Part shown: positions 1 to 12,629 of the stretch, in pieces
Layout of the letters: each line of letters starts with the position of its first letter
How positions within the stretch are numbered: position 1 is the stretch's first letter
Source: Vicugna vicugna
Taxonomy: Eukaryota
Reading direction: 5' to 3'
DNA: 64,000 nt
NCBI GenBank assembly: GCA_013265495.1
Contig: MU057880.1
Location: 372,001-436,000 of the forward strand
Notes under the pieces: generated by a model
The model's database searches: none
Told to the model about the DNA's origin: nothing
What the model saw: the letters and a program-made list of their open reading frames with translations, nothing else
Translations under genes and position numbers: made by a program

Positions 1-1289
1 TCCATAAGCCTTCTCCATTCCAAGTTACATAGTGTTGTTGAAAAATAAATCTTCTGAGTAATTTGGGGTTCAATTATACAGCATAGCAGCTCCTGAATTA
101 ACATCTACAAAATCAATTTTAATTCATTCATACATGGCTCAGAAAATATTTTATGAGGTACTGGATCAAACATCTGTTCTATTTCTTCGGACTACTACTC
201 CAGTAGTTGAATTATATTTAGAAAAGCAATCAAATTAGTTTCGTGTAATTATAAACTGTTGATTTGTTCATATTTCATGTCCTTTACAACACTTGAGTAC
301 GCATGGTTGTTTTTCCTACAAATCACTCGTTCCATTATCTTTCTAGAAGCTAAAGCAATCTTACTTACCCAAGTGACTTGCTTCTCAATTAAAATCTGTT
401 TCTTAAAAACAATGACAAACAGAGAGTGTTTGTCTTATTGTTCCAGAACTGAAGGTATAGTTCTCTTCTGGTTGATTGAATTTCACTGCTGAGAAACAAT
501 GGTCGGTATCCTCAGAAATGTTAATTTAAGTAAAGCCAAGAGTCCACCAAGCAAGCATCGTGGAAATAAAGAGAAATCACTGCTTCCCTCTCTCCAAGTC
601 TGCAAGTGGGTTAACATAACAGCAAAGGTCAAAGGGTCAGTGTATTGAATTACATTAGACCATCTTCTATTTCAGTGGAAAAGTAATCAGAACAGATTTT
701 TAATTCATTTACTCATTTAAAAAACATTTGTTATATTTAGCTAGACTGAGACTTTAAATGCCCTAAACTCTGAAAAGGTTATGGTTATCATACTTTTCTC
801 AAAATAAAACTAGGACTCAGGTCCAATATAGCTAAGTAAGTTCTTGCGGATATCCTGCAGGTATCAGTTACAAAATGTGGGCAAGATAAAATAAAATAGC
901 CTGATGACACTGGAAAGGAAGAAAAAAGCAGGCAAATTTTGGAGGGAAGACAACAATTGGAAGAGGAACTGGTCACAATTACATTTTTTTATGATTCTTA
1001 ACTCCCAAGCAGGATGAAAATGGCACCAGGTAAAGTGACTAAAACTTTGACATAAAATCTCACCTGTTTCTGGCCAGAAGAAAAAGACAGAGTTCATGAC
1101 AAACAGATACTAGAAAATAAGGGGGTAGATTTCTTGAAAGAGAAAGAGAGAGCGTGAATACCATGTTATGCACACAATTTCTGCCACAGTCTCTTGTTGC
1201 CCCATGAATACAGGCATGAAGCAGAATTAAAGCAGAGAAGCTAAATTAAAAGAATCAAAATATGATTTGAACTGCCACCTAAAAGAGGG

Positions 1290-2290
1290 TTTTGAGTCAA
1301 AGACAGTAAATTACCTGATAAAATTTTTGTAGCAGGAATATAGCAGAATTGACAGTTTCTACAAAATAATTTTTACAAAGCCTAGGATAAAACCAAAATT
1401 ACACAGTAGACAAATAAATATAGATCCATTTTTTAAAGAAAAGACAGGCTACTAAGATCATTGGTGAGATAACCTAGATATTGTGATTAGCAGACAAGAG
1501 TTCTAAAATAGCTAACTAAGCTATTTTACAACTAAGCTCAAGGAAGTTAAGGAAAATATGCTTACAGTGAATGAAAAGATAGGAAATCTGAACAAAGAAA
1601 TATAAGCAATAAAAAATAACACAAATGGACATTCTAAACAAAAAAATACAATTCCTGAAATTATAAATTTACTATATTGGCTTAACAACAGAATGGAAAT
1701 GATGGACAAAGGAGTCAGGAACTTGAAGATAGACAATATACATATGTAGAACACTGAGAAAAAAAATTAGGAAAAAAAAAAAAAAACAGACCTTCAAGGA
1801 CCTAAGGACAACAATCAATGTCAAACAGACATGAATAAAATTCAAGAAGAAGAGGTCAGAGAGTGTGAGACATACAGCTCATTTGAAAAAACAATGACTC
1901 AAAACTTCCCAAATTTGATGAAAGACATAAACACTCATATTCAGAAAGCTCAGTAAACGTAAGCAAGAGATAAACAAAGAAAACCCTGCCCAGGCACATC
2001 ATAATCAAGCTGCTGATACTGGCATCACAGGGACTCTTGAAAGCAGCCACAGGAAAATGATGTATCACTTACAGGAAAGCAATGATTCAAAATTTATCAT
2101 CAGGAACTACAGCAAACAGAGGTTGTCTCAATTGCTGAAAGAAAAGCGCTCTCGACTAAGAATTTTATATCTAATGAAAACATCCATGTTAAGTACGAGG
2201 AGGAAATAAGGATGTTTTCATATTTTTTTTAAAAAATACTAGAAGAATTCATTGCCAGTAGAACTCCACTACAAGAAAAGCTTTAAATTT
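1290..2290 (+). mobile_element. Old L1 (L1M-type) ORF1 remnant
   Basis: Degenerate ORF1 motifs: aacttcccaaatttgatgaaagacataaac (NFPNLMKDIN) and agaattttatatcta (RILY-); A-rich sense strand; many stops. Confidence 0.7.
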
Positions 2291-2297
2291 TTATTTA

Positions 2298-2745
2298 GGC
2301 CTAGAGGTCACCATTCTAGGTGAAGTAAGCCAGAAAGAGAAGGAAAAATACCATATGATATCACGTATATGTGGAATCTAAAAAATGACACAAATGAACT
2401 TATTTACAAAACAGACACAGAGTCACAGATATAGAGAGCAAATTTATGGTTATCAAGGAGGAAAGGATGTGGGAAGGGATAAATCGGGAGTTTGAGATAT
2501 GCAGATACTAACTACTCAGTATAAAATAGATCAACAAGAATTTTCTTCTGTACAGCACAGGGGACTGTATTCAATATCTTGTAGTGACCTAGAATGAAAA
2601 AGAGTATGAAAGCAAATATATGTACATTCATGTATGACTGACACATTATGCTGTACACCAGAAATTGACACACATTGTAAACTAAATATATTTCAATAAA
2701 AAAGAGACTAAAAAATTAAAATTAAAAATAAAGTAAATTAAAAAA
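2298..2745 (+). mobile_element. 5'-truncated L1 3' end (camelid-type 3'UTR)
   Basis: gtgaagtaagccagaaagagaa...atgtggaatctaaaaaatgacacaaatgaacttatttacaaaacag...aataaa plus A-rich tail; same 3'UTR type as copies at 11.6, 16.2, 42.1 and 59.6 kb. Confidence 0.9.
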
Positions 2746-3549
2746 TCAAAGGAAGAATATTCAGATGGCCCCTGGCCTTTCTTCTCCTGACCAACCTAAA
2801 TATTCCTCCATCCTCTGATTTCTTCCTTCCAATTTGTGCAGTTATAAAAACAATGAAATCAAAGTTGCAACTGCCAGTAGCTCACAGAACTGTTCACTCA
2901 GCCCTAAACACCTTGTTTTTCTATAAACTGATTTTGAAATTATTTTAAAACTAAGGGAAAAGAAATATTCACACCTTGCATGGACTGCTTCTTACTTCAG
3001 AAAAAAATTAAGTTACAACAAACATGACCGGTGGGTACGACAACAGAATCAAGACATGGGCTCTCAGGTGCCCTTTGGAATTGGTTTCACCGTTTTATTA
3101 CAAAACAGTAAAATCGTGCCTCCCACCTGCACCTCCTGAAACTCCTAGAGTCGTGTGTCAACGGCACCTAACCACTGAGTCAGCCCGTGTGCCAGCAGGT
3201 TTTGTAATGGTTTTCTCTCTGCTAAACTTCAGGAACCCGTCTGAGAAAAATTCAGGTCCAGCCTCTCTCCTGGACACCATGAGAGCAAGAGGATGTTACC
3301 ATCACCACTCATATCACCTTGATGGATCCCCCTCTTTCCTTGACTTTGGACGTTTCTCCCAGGTGGTCTGTTAGAGAGAGGACAAAAAGCCTGTGCATTC
3401 GTTGCTGAAAAAGATTTTGAGATAAGAATTGTGTTCCAGCTTTGTTGACTCACATGGTGTGCTGCCCCAGGACAGCCTCTCAGAGGCACATCAGTTCTTC
3501 AGTCCTGATCTTCCTCCCTAGTGAACTCAGCTCAAAAATGAGCTGAGCC

Positions 3550-3705
3550 GGAAGGGTCTAGCTCAGTGGTAGAGCACGTGCTTAGCATGCACAAGGTCCT
3601 GGGTTCAATCCCTGGTTACCTCCATTAAAATAAGCAAACAAATAAATAAAATAAACTTGATTACCTCCCCCCAGCCAAGAAAACAAAAAACAAATTTTTT
3701 TAAGA
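3550..3705 (+). mobile_element. tRNA-Ala-derived SINE (camelid Vic-1-like)
   Basis: A box tagctcagtgg, B box ggttcaatccc, cttagcatg anticodon-like loop, A-rich linker, aaacttgattacctcccc tail. Confidence 0.92.
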
Positions 3706-5354
3706 AGTTAGGTTAAAAAAACATACATACGGATATTGAATCATGGTATATGTAGTAATTAAAAAATACCAAAAAAAAAAAGGTGAAATTTAAAAAATCC
3801 CCTTCCGTGCTTCAGGTAGGTAGAGTCTGAGAATCTTTGTCTTAAGACTATTGTCTTTTTCACCATTGCTTCCTGAGTAGCTCTTTCCAGCTGATGGTGT
3901 TAAATTTGGACAATAATTATGTTTAGATGAATATCCTGTCCTCAGGGTCCCCTTAGGCTGCAATTTAAGGACAGTGGCCAAAATCCTTCTAGCTGCCCAA
4001 GCTCAAGGCAAGTGGAGGGGCGTGGGGGCAGCAGAAAGGTCTGGCTGGATGTCAGGCATACATTAGAATAGACAAGTGTATCTAAGTCCCTGGCCCAGGA
4101 GCCAGTGCCGCACATGGTCACAGGCTCTGATGGTCCCTCCCAGGAGCTAGCTTGGTCAGAATACAAGGTATGTGGTCACAGGAGCCCCAGGAAGCTGAAC
4201 AATAGGAAAATGTAAGTGTGTGTCTTTTTTCATGCTCACTAGAAAGACCCACCTTACGTGAGGGAGCTACAGGGGAGAAATACGCTGTAGCTTGAGGTCC
4301 TTGGAGGGAGGCCAGGAAGAGGAGGCTCTCAAAGAAGCCAAGGGGACTCTCTGGGAAGGACTGAGAAGAGATTATCAACACTCAGGAAGGTGACAACACT
4401 AGGCTGATGTCCCCCGAAAACGGTCCAGTTCCCCTCCGACTGGCAGAACCAGCCCAGTTCGTTGGTGCAGAATCACGACAAGGGGGTACAGGCTGGCCAG
4501 GCCCACGCGGCATCTCTGAAGACGCCCAGATTGCAGCGGCAACATGTGAGCGGTGAGCCTTTTGTCCACAGAGAGGTGAGAGCAATTTAGCAAAGGTAGC
4601 TCTGTTTTTTTCCCCCAGGGCTTAGCATTTACCACATGCGAGTGGAGAAAGAGTGAAAGAGAAGAGGGCGCTAAGGCCCTGGGAAGATTATTCAGAGCAC
4701 GTGGGCAGTATGTGGTGGGGGCGAGGAGGGGAGCTGGGCATCATGTCTGCCAAGGAGGATGGAGAAAGTTGGGAGGATGACGGCAGAAGCAGGAGCCCCA
4801 GTGCCTCAGACAACAGTCTGGGAAGGAAACAGCCCTCCAGTAACTGCAGGCGATGTGAACATGCCCCAGAGTCTCAGGTGATGGAGGAACCCGCATGACT
4901 TCCATCCGCAGAGTACATTACAGTTTGATATATGCTATATAGTATTTTCTCTTAATTAAACTTCTTCATTAAACTTTACAGTATAATCACTTGTCTTTGG
5001 CTTCAGAGAGCCCCAGGAGTGCTGGCAGAGAGAAATGTATCACCAGGAATCAGTCCATGAGAGTCATTACCTGCAGGAATCCATGAAACAAATGTACGGA
5101 TTCAGATGTTACACGTGCTATTAATCACATTCAAAAAAATCTCAATACAAACAAAATATTTTTAGCCCCTGCAGACGGTATCAGCTCTGAAAGAAGAAGT
5201 CATTTCAATGCTGACATGACAATTAGATGTTACAGCAGTGGGGAGAGCAGCAGACCGGGAATGTTGGTTCCAGGTTCAATAATTTCACCCCTGTGACAAT
5301 CTAACTACAGGATCGTAACCTGTGTGATCTCAGCTGAAAAGGAAATGTCTGGAC

Positions 5355-5519
5355 CAGTGGTCCTCAAGATGTGCTAACAAACGCAGCAACGTCGGCATTC
5401 CTTGAGAACTTATGAGAAATGCAAATTCTCAATCTCCGTCCAAGAAACTCTGGAGCCTAAACTGTGTCTAGTGAGCCCTCCAGGTGATTCTGACCCATGC
5501 CGAAATTTGGAACCTACTG
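5355..5519. mobile_element. MER5A-like hAT-Charlie MITE
   Basis: cagtggtcctcaa...agaaatgcaaattctc...gccctccaggtgattctga...ggaacctactg with imperfect terminal inverted repeats. Confidence 0.75.
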
Positions 5520-5734
5520 AATTAGATGAACTCCAACTTTCCCGACTGCTCAAAAGGTCTATGGCACCTGTATCATCATCTTCAGTAGTGTATTTCAGAC
5601 CTCCGCTGAGTCCCCCACCCCTGTTCTAAGCATGTCATGTAAAATAATCCATCTAATTACCCCAGCACACTGGGAGGCAAATTCTATTATTATCACCACT
5701 TGGGAAATGCGCTCTGAAAGGGTCAGGTAGCTCC

Positions 5735-6068
5735 TGTGAAAATGCACCACCAACATCCTTCTTCAAGGGAGGATGTGTTCCTCCAGCCGCAGAGAATCCT
5801 TCTGCCCTACGAGCATGCTCTCCAGGGAAGCTCATATCAAATAAGGAATCACAAAAGGGTGGAAAGCCAGACCCAAACACGGACCACTCTGATATCATGG
5901 ATGCTCCATCCAGTTCCCCACGGGGTTGGCCGAGGCTTTCCCAAGCCTGTGTTACTTTCAATTTCTTCCTCTACCAACCCTGCTTGCTTTCCCTTCCTTT
6001 CATGATCCCTAAAGACTCTGCATACCGAACTTCTCAGCATCTGCTTCTGGAAAACCCATTTTGCAGCA
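5735..6068 (+). mobile_element. Old ERVL-class LTR (LTR16/LTR33-like) interrupting a MIR
   Basis: Begins tgtg, ends tctcagcatctgcttctggaaaacccattttgcagca; MIR-like pieces on both sides (attattatcaccact; ggccaggattcaaatcc). Confidence 0.5.
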
Positions 6069-7211
6069 GCAGCTGACCATAAGTTAGAGAACAGCAGTTG
6101 GCGGGGCCAGGATTCAAATCCATCTTAAAATCCTTAGATGGACTCTAAGCCTTGGGCTTTTAATGATTTCTTATGCTGCCCTATAATCTGTCACCACTTG
6201 GGCTTATAAATGAGTGGGTCAAGCATTTGAACATGAGACCTCGGAAATATTTCAATCTTACACGTGAGGAAACTAAGATGATGTGGGATTGCCCCATGTG
6301 CCCCTGGCTGGCAGTATGCTAGCAGTGACTTGGCCTGAGATGTTCTGATACCCAGTGTTTCACCGTGTCACGTTACCCTAAAGAAAATACTCACATATTA
6401 TAATACCAATGAGATAGGTTGTTCAGGTAAATTGTAATTGTATTAGGGAACATTTGGCACAAAGCCTAGAACATATTACAGTCGATACCACAGAAATACA
6501 AAGGACCGTAAGAGCCTACAATTATATGCTAACAAAGTGGATAGCCTAGAAGAAATGCATAAATTACTGGAGACATACGACCTTCCAAGACTGAGTCATG
6601 AAGGAACAGAAAATCTGAACAGATCGATAAAAGTAACGAGATTCAATCGGCAATTAAACACCTTCCAACAAAGAGAAGGAAGGAACAGATGACTTCACTG
6701 GGGGATTCTACCAAACATCTAAAGAAGAATTAACTCTAACCCTTCTCAAACTCTTCCAAAACATCGAAGAGGAAGGAACACCACCAAACTCAGTATATGA
6801 AGCCAGTATTACCCTGAGAGCAAAGCCAGATAAAGACACCACAAGAGAAAACAACCACAGTCCAGCATCCCTGATGAATATACATACAAACGTCCTTGAC
6901 GGAATACTGCAAACCAAAGCCAGCAGCACATTTAAAGGATCATACGCAGCCAAGTGGGATTCATCTCTGGGATGTAAGAATGGTTCAGCATACGTAAATC
7001 AAGTAATGTGATGCACCACGTTAACAAAATGAAGGATAAAAATCATATAATCATCTCAATCCATCAGAAAAATCACCTGGCAAAATTCAACACCCTTCCA
7101 CATGAAAATTCTCATACTAAGTACGGAAGGAATTTATGTCAACGTAAAAAAGCCACACATGAATGCCCATAGCTAACATCACATTCAGTGGTGAAAAACT
7201 GAAAAGCTTTC

Positions 7212-7543
7212 TGTCCTGGTGCTATACCAAATACCTAAACAGCAGAAATTTATTTCTCACAGTTGTGGAGATTGGGAAGTCTAAGATCAAGACACCAGCT
7301 GGTTCATTTCCTGATAAAAACCTTCCTCCTGGTTTGCCAAAAGCTGCCTTCTTATTGTATCCTCACATGGTGAGGAGAGAAATCCTTTCTTATGACTCTT
7401 CTTATAGACACTAATCCCCTACTTGAGGGCTCCACATTCATGACCTAACTTCTCCTACATGCCTTACCTCCAGACAGCAACACATTGGGGCTTAGGGCTT
7501 CAACATATGAATTTTGGGGGACACAAATATTCAGTCTACAGCA
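7212..7543 (-). mobile_element. MaLR LTR (MLT1A-like) inserted in L1
   Basis: agaaatttatttctcacagtt...aagtctaagatcaag...tgaattttgggggacacaaatattcagtctacagca; flanks ctttc/ctttt look like a 5-bp TSD; L1 resumes at ttttcctctaag. Confidence 0.85.
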
Positions 7544-9226
7544 CTTTTCCTCTAAGGTTAGGACCAAGACAAGGATGCCCATTCTCACAACTTCTACTCA
7601 ACATAGTACTGGCCAGAGTAATTAGGCAAGAAAAAGCAATAAAAAGTATCCAAATCACAAAGGAAGAAGTAAAATTATCTCTGCAGATGACAGGATCCTA
7701 TATGTAGATAACCCTAAAAATGTCACACACAAAAAAAAAAACCCTATTAAAACTAAAAATGAATTCAACTAAGTTTCAGGATACAAAATCAACAAACAAA
7801 AATCAGTTGCATTTTTATTCACTAACAACAAGTTATCCAAAAAAAAAGAAATTAAGAAAGTAATTTCATTTACAATAGCATCAAAAAAATACTTAGAAAT
7901 AAACTTAACCAAGGAGGTGTACACTGAAAATTATAAAACATTGATGAAAGAAATTTTAAAAGACATAAACAAATGGAAAGACATCATGTGTTCATGAGTT
8001 GAAAGACTTAATATTGTTAAATTTTCCATACCATCCAAAGAAGTCTGCAAATTAAATGCCAAATGGATCAAAATTCCAAATTAAAGATGGCATTCTTTAC
8101 AGAAATAGAAAAACCAATTCTCAAATTCATATGGAAACACCACAGAAGACTCCAAAAGTGATTTTGAGCAAGAGGAACAAAGTTGGAGGCATCACACACC
8201 CTCATTTGAAAATACATTACAAAGTTATAGTGGTCAAAAGAGTATGGTGCTGGCATAAAAACAGATATATAGACCCACGGAACAGGGTAGAGAGCCCAGA
8301 AATGAACCCGTATATGTATGGTCAATTGATATTTAATGAGGGTGCCAATGGAAACACACAATGGAAAAGCCGTAGTCTCTTCCACAGATAGTGCTTCGAA
8401 AAGTGGATGTCTACACGCAGAAGAATGAAAGTAGACCTCTGTCTTACATCAGACACAAATATCAACTCAAAATGAATTAAAGATTTAAATGTAAGACCTG
8501 AAACTGTAAAACTACTAGGAGAAAACATAGGGAGAAATCTTCTTGATGGTGGTCTGGGCAATGATTTCTTGGATATGATGCCAAAAGCACAAGCAAAACT
8601 GAGCAAGTGGGACTACATCAAATGGAAAAGCTTCTGCACAGCAAGAGAAACTGTCAACAAAATTAAAAGGCAGCTGACAGAGGAGAGAATATATTTGCAA
8701 ACTATATACCTGCTAAGGAGTTAATCTCCAAGACGTATGGGATCCCAAAGCTCAAGGGCAAAAAGATGAATAACTGGACTAAAAAATGGTCAGAGGACTT
8801 GAATAGACATTTCTCCAACCATAAATGGTTAATAAGTATATGAAGAGGTGCTCAACATCAATAATTCACAGGAAACTGCAAACCAAAATCACAGTGAGGT
8901 ATCACCTTACACCTGTTAGGATGGCTATTACCAAAAAGCAAAAGATGACATCTGTTGGCAAAAATGTGGAGAAATTGGAACCCTGGTAGCAATGGGTTGG
9001 TGGGAATGTAAAATGGTGCAGCTGCTATGAAAAACAGTATGGAAGTTCCTCAAAAAATCAAACATAGACTTACTGTATGATCTAGCAATCCTATTTCTGG
9101 ATATTTATCCAAAGGAATTGAAGTCAGGATCTCAAAGAGAGATTTGCAAGCTCAGGTTCATTGCAGCCTATTCATAATAACCAAGATATGGGAACAACCT
9201 AAATATCCGTTAATAGATGAATGTTA

Positions 9227-9316
9227 GGGGAGGGTATAGCTCAGTGGTAGAGCACATGCTTAGCAGGCATGAGGTCCTGGGTTCAATCCACAGTACCTCC
9301 ATTAAAAAAAAAAAAA
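9227..9316 (+). mobile_element. tRNA-Ala-derived SINE
   Basis: ggggagggtatagctcagtggtagagcacatgcttagc...ggttcaatcc...acctccatt plus poly(A). Confidence 0.93.
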
Positions 9317-9327
9317 TGGGTGACTGG

Positions 9328-9673
9328 TGTCCTAGTCCATTCAGGCTGCTGTAACAAAATTTCACAGGCTGGGTGGTTTATAAACAGTAGAAATTTAATC
9401 CTCCCAGTTCTAGAGAATTGTGAGAAGTTCAAGACCAAGACACCATCATGGTCATGTTCTGGTGAAGGTCCTCTTCCTGGTTCCTTCCGTGCTCTGTCCT
9501 CACATGTGAAAGGGTCTAGGAATCTGTGTGGAGCCTCTTTTAAAAGGACACTAATTCCATTCATAAGGGCTCCACCCTCATGGCTTAAGCACCTCCCAAA
9601 GGGCGAACCTCCCCTTTGAGGGTTAGAATTTCAACCTATGAATTCTGGGGGAACAAACATTGAGACCATAGCA
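9328..9673 (-). mobile_element. MaLR LTR (MLT1A-like) inserted in L1
   Basis: tgtcctagtccattcaggctgctgtaacaaaat...gggctccaccctcatg...aaacattgagaccatagca; flanks actgg/aatgg. Confidence 0.85.
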
Positions 9674-11039
9674 AATGGCTAAAGCATATGGAATAAAATA
9701 TTACTCAGGGGTTTTTTTAATAGTTAAGAGATTTTATTCTAATAGCTGCAACTACAGTGCTTGCTAGTTTTCTTAAAAGAAGGAAATCTTGCCATATGCA
9801 ACAACGTGGATAAACCTGGAGGGCATTTTGCTAAGTGAAACCAGCCAGTCACAAAGAAAAAAGAGAAAAACACACGTGACCCCACTTATGTAAGGTACTT
9901 AAAATCATCAAACCCGTAAGTCAGAGAGAGGAATGATGGTGAACGGGCTCTGGCATCGAGGGGGAAGCAGAGAGTTATTTTCAATGAGTATAAATTTCAG
10001 TTACACAAAACGTGTAAGTTCTAGAGAACTGCTACACAGCGTACTGCCTAAAGGTTACCAAAACTCTATTGTGTATCGAAAACTTTTTGCTAAAAGGGTG
10101 TGTCTCATGTTAAGTGTTCTTACTACCACAACCAGATCAAAACAAAATAAAACAAAGAGGCAAGAGGAAACTTTCGGAGGCAGTGGTTATGTTTCCTACC
10201 TTGATGTGGTGATGGCTTCATGTGTGTCGGCTTATGCCAAAATTCATCACACTGTACGTGTTAAATATGTGTAACGTTTTGAATAGCAACTATACCTTAA
10301 TAAAGCTATAAGGAAAAAAAAACAGAATCCTGGAGTATGATTCCTGGTTACACAGGAAGCAAAGAAATCAACGTTTTTAAATGAAGTAACCATCACCAAA
10401 AAAGAACCTTCAATGGAAAGAAACACCTCAAAGTGTTATGGCCAGAGTAAGTCATTTAGTGCAGTATCAGCTGCTCAGTGAAATCACTAGAGATTCACAT
10501 TTAATTAATGCAGGACGTGGTCTGCCCATTGGGATTATTTTGAAGCTCTCCAGATGACTCCAATATTTGGTAAAGATTGGTAATGGCTGCTTCAGGATAC
10601 AGTCAGTTCTCAGTACACAGCAAACAGTTTCCTTATAGGAGAAAGAACGCCTGTGTGATAAATTTGGAAAGACGCTTAAATATCTCACTTCATCCAGTGA
10701 GTTACTTGGTAGATTTATTAGCATACAAGGGATTTGTCCCAATGGTGAGGAGATATGAAAACAAAAAGTGCATTTCGATAAAAACATAGTGAGGTTGGGG
10801 ACACAAATTTCATCCCAAATTCAGCCTCGTTTGGATCACAACCACCAAAAGATATACTGTTGGCTAGCCAGAGGATAACACAAATATTCTAGGCGTGGAC
10901 TCTACCCTAACAGGAAAAACTGTTTCATACCTCACACGGGATTTCAAAGACATTGTCGCATTTAATATCAGACCTATCTCATGGTGTCCTCTTGAAGCAC
11001 ATGCTCAGAGGAAGTGACAAATTAAAATATTTGCACACC

Positions 11040-11300
11040 CATTACTCATTCAACAGCTTTATTCAAAAGTATTTCTTGAGTATCAGCTTTGTTCAAAGCA
11101 CTAAAGGACCCTGAATGGGAAGGGATGGAAATATGGATTCAACACTGGTCCTGAGAGAAGTTCGCAATCTAATGGAGAACAGGAGTGTGTAACTATGATA
11201 CAAGTTAGGGCCTGAGTGAAGCACAGAGAAAATGCAGCGAGAGTTCAGACTAGAGACACTGTGTCTGGATGGACAGATACGTTCAGGCTCTGTGGAGGAC
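11040..11300 (-). mobile_element. L2 remnant
   Basis: ctcattcaaca...atttcttgagtatcagctttgt... resembles the L2 3' end in antisense. Confidence 0.5.
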
Positions 11301-11564
11301 AGGAGGAAACAGACCAGCTCCCCAAAAGCCAATTCACTAAAGGATTCACTCTCCAAAACCCCTCAGTGGGCCGATCATCATGGAGGATTTGGATGTGCAC
11401 AGGACACATGAAAGACTAGACAGCGGGCTAAGAATTCCGACATAGTGAATTCATGCAAAAGGGGGTCATATTTTAGATAATTGACATGGGGCAGGCATGA
11501 CCAACACAGGGTCATTTTCACTTGGCGAGGCTAAGGGCAAAGGGTGTTTACAAGGGAATAAGAG

Positions 11565-12089
11565 CGACAACATCACGCCATTTGCAGCAACATGGATGCG
11601 CCTGGAGAATGTCATTCTAAGTGAAGTAAGCCAGAAAGAGAAAGGAAAATACCGTATGAGATCACTTATACGCAGAATCTAAAAAAAAAAGAGAGAAAAA
11701 AAAGAGCATAAATACAAAACAGAAACAGACTCATAGAAATAGAATACAAACTTGTGGTTGCCAATGGGGAGTGGGGTGGGAAGGGACGGACGGGGAGTTC
11801 AAAATTTGTAGATACTGATAGGCATATGCAGAACAGACAAACAAGATTATACTGTGTAGCACAGGGAAATATATAGATGATCTTGTGGTAGCTCACAGTG
11901 AAAACAAATGTGACAATGTATATATGTATGTTCATGTATAACTGAAAAATTATGCTCTACACTGGAATTTGACACAACATTGTAAAATGACTGTAACTCA
12001 ATAAAAAAATGTTAAAAAAAAAGATTTAAAGAATTCCAACAATGGTTAAAGTACAGGTAAACATGAAAAACATTAAAAAAAAAGGGGGG
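11565..12089 (+). mobile_element. Young 5'-truncated L1 with TSD and extra 3' segment
   Basis: PFAATWMRLENVILSEVSQ (ORF2 C-terminus) then 3'UTR; TSD gggaataagag at 11554-11564 and 12090-12100. Confidence 0.92.
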
Positions 12090-12629
12090 GGGAATAAGAG
12101 GACACAAAAGAGAAAAGTTGGGAGATCAGATCATGAGGGAAGGAGCCTGGGAATTTGATGATGTCCACGTTTTCCAGCAAGGAAAGAACATGCCAGACCT
12201 CTGCTTCTGGAAAAGTTTAATACTGTGGACAAGGGGAGACTGGAGAGGGAGCCCAAGCAGGGGGTCACCGCTCAAAAAAAGCAAAGTCCTACCCCAGGCT
12301 CAGTAAACTGCACGAGGGAGTCAGTATTTCCCTGCCCGGTGCAGAGGGAGTATTGACAAGGAAATCAGGCAAGAAGAGCAGGACTCGGGTGGGGACCAGC
12401 TGAAAAGTAAACAGAGACCACAGGGCTTCCTGGACCCTCGGCTCTCCAGCTCTGGCTCCAGAAGAACCACCGGCCCTCTCTGGATCTGGAAATCCTCATT
12501 TCTTAAAGGAGACACGTGAGGCACCTGTGAAGTCCACCTGGCCTCCCACTTTGCAGGCTTATGATTTAATATGACGGCCCAAGAGCAAGCCATGGTATGT
12601 TCCTGAGCAGGGAAACGAGAGGATGAAAG

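Larger units (their letters stand above)
6470..10322 (+). mobile_element. L1 (L1MA/MB-like) ORF2 plus 3'UTR, degraded, with nested insertions
   Basis: ORF2 peptides in the ORF track: [39 protein letters not shown] (7459 ORF) and ILSKRNKVGGITHPHLKIHYKVIVVKRVWCWHKNRYID (8056 ORF); ends aataaagctataagg plus A-run. Confidence 0.93.

Noticed and set aside
3024..3374. ORF starting MTGGYDNRIKTW, resembling a WD40 repeat end
   Set aside because: Only one short motif, no further WD40 pattern and no good acceptor; probably chance
7459..8700. Protein-like ORFs (7459-7707, 8056-8391; also 35418, 42135, 49554)
   Set aside because: Fragments of L1 ORF2 broken by stops and frameshifts; not host genes or active elements
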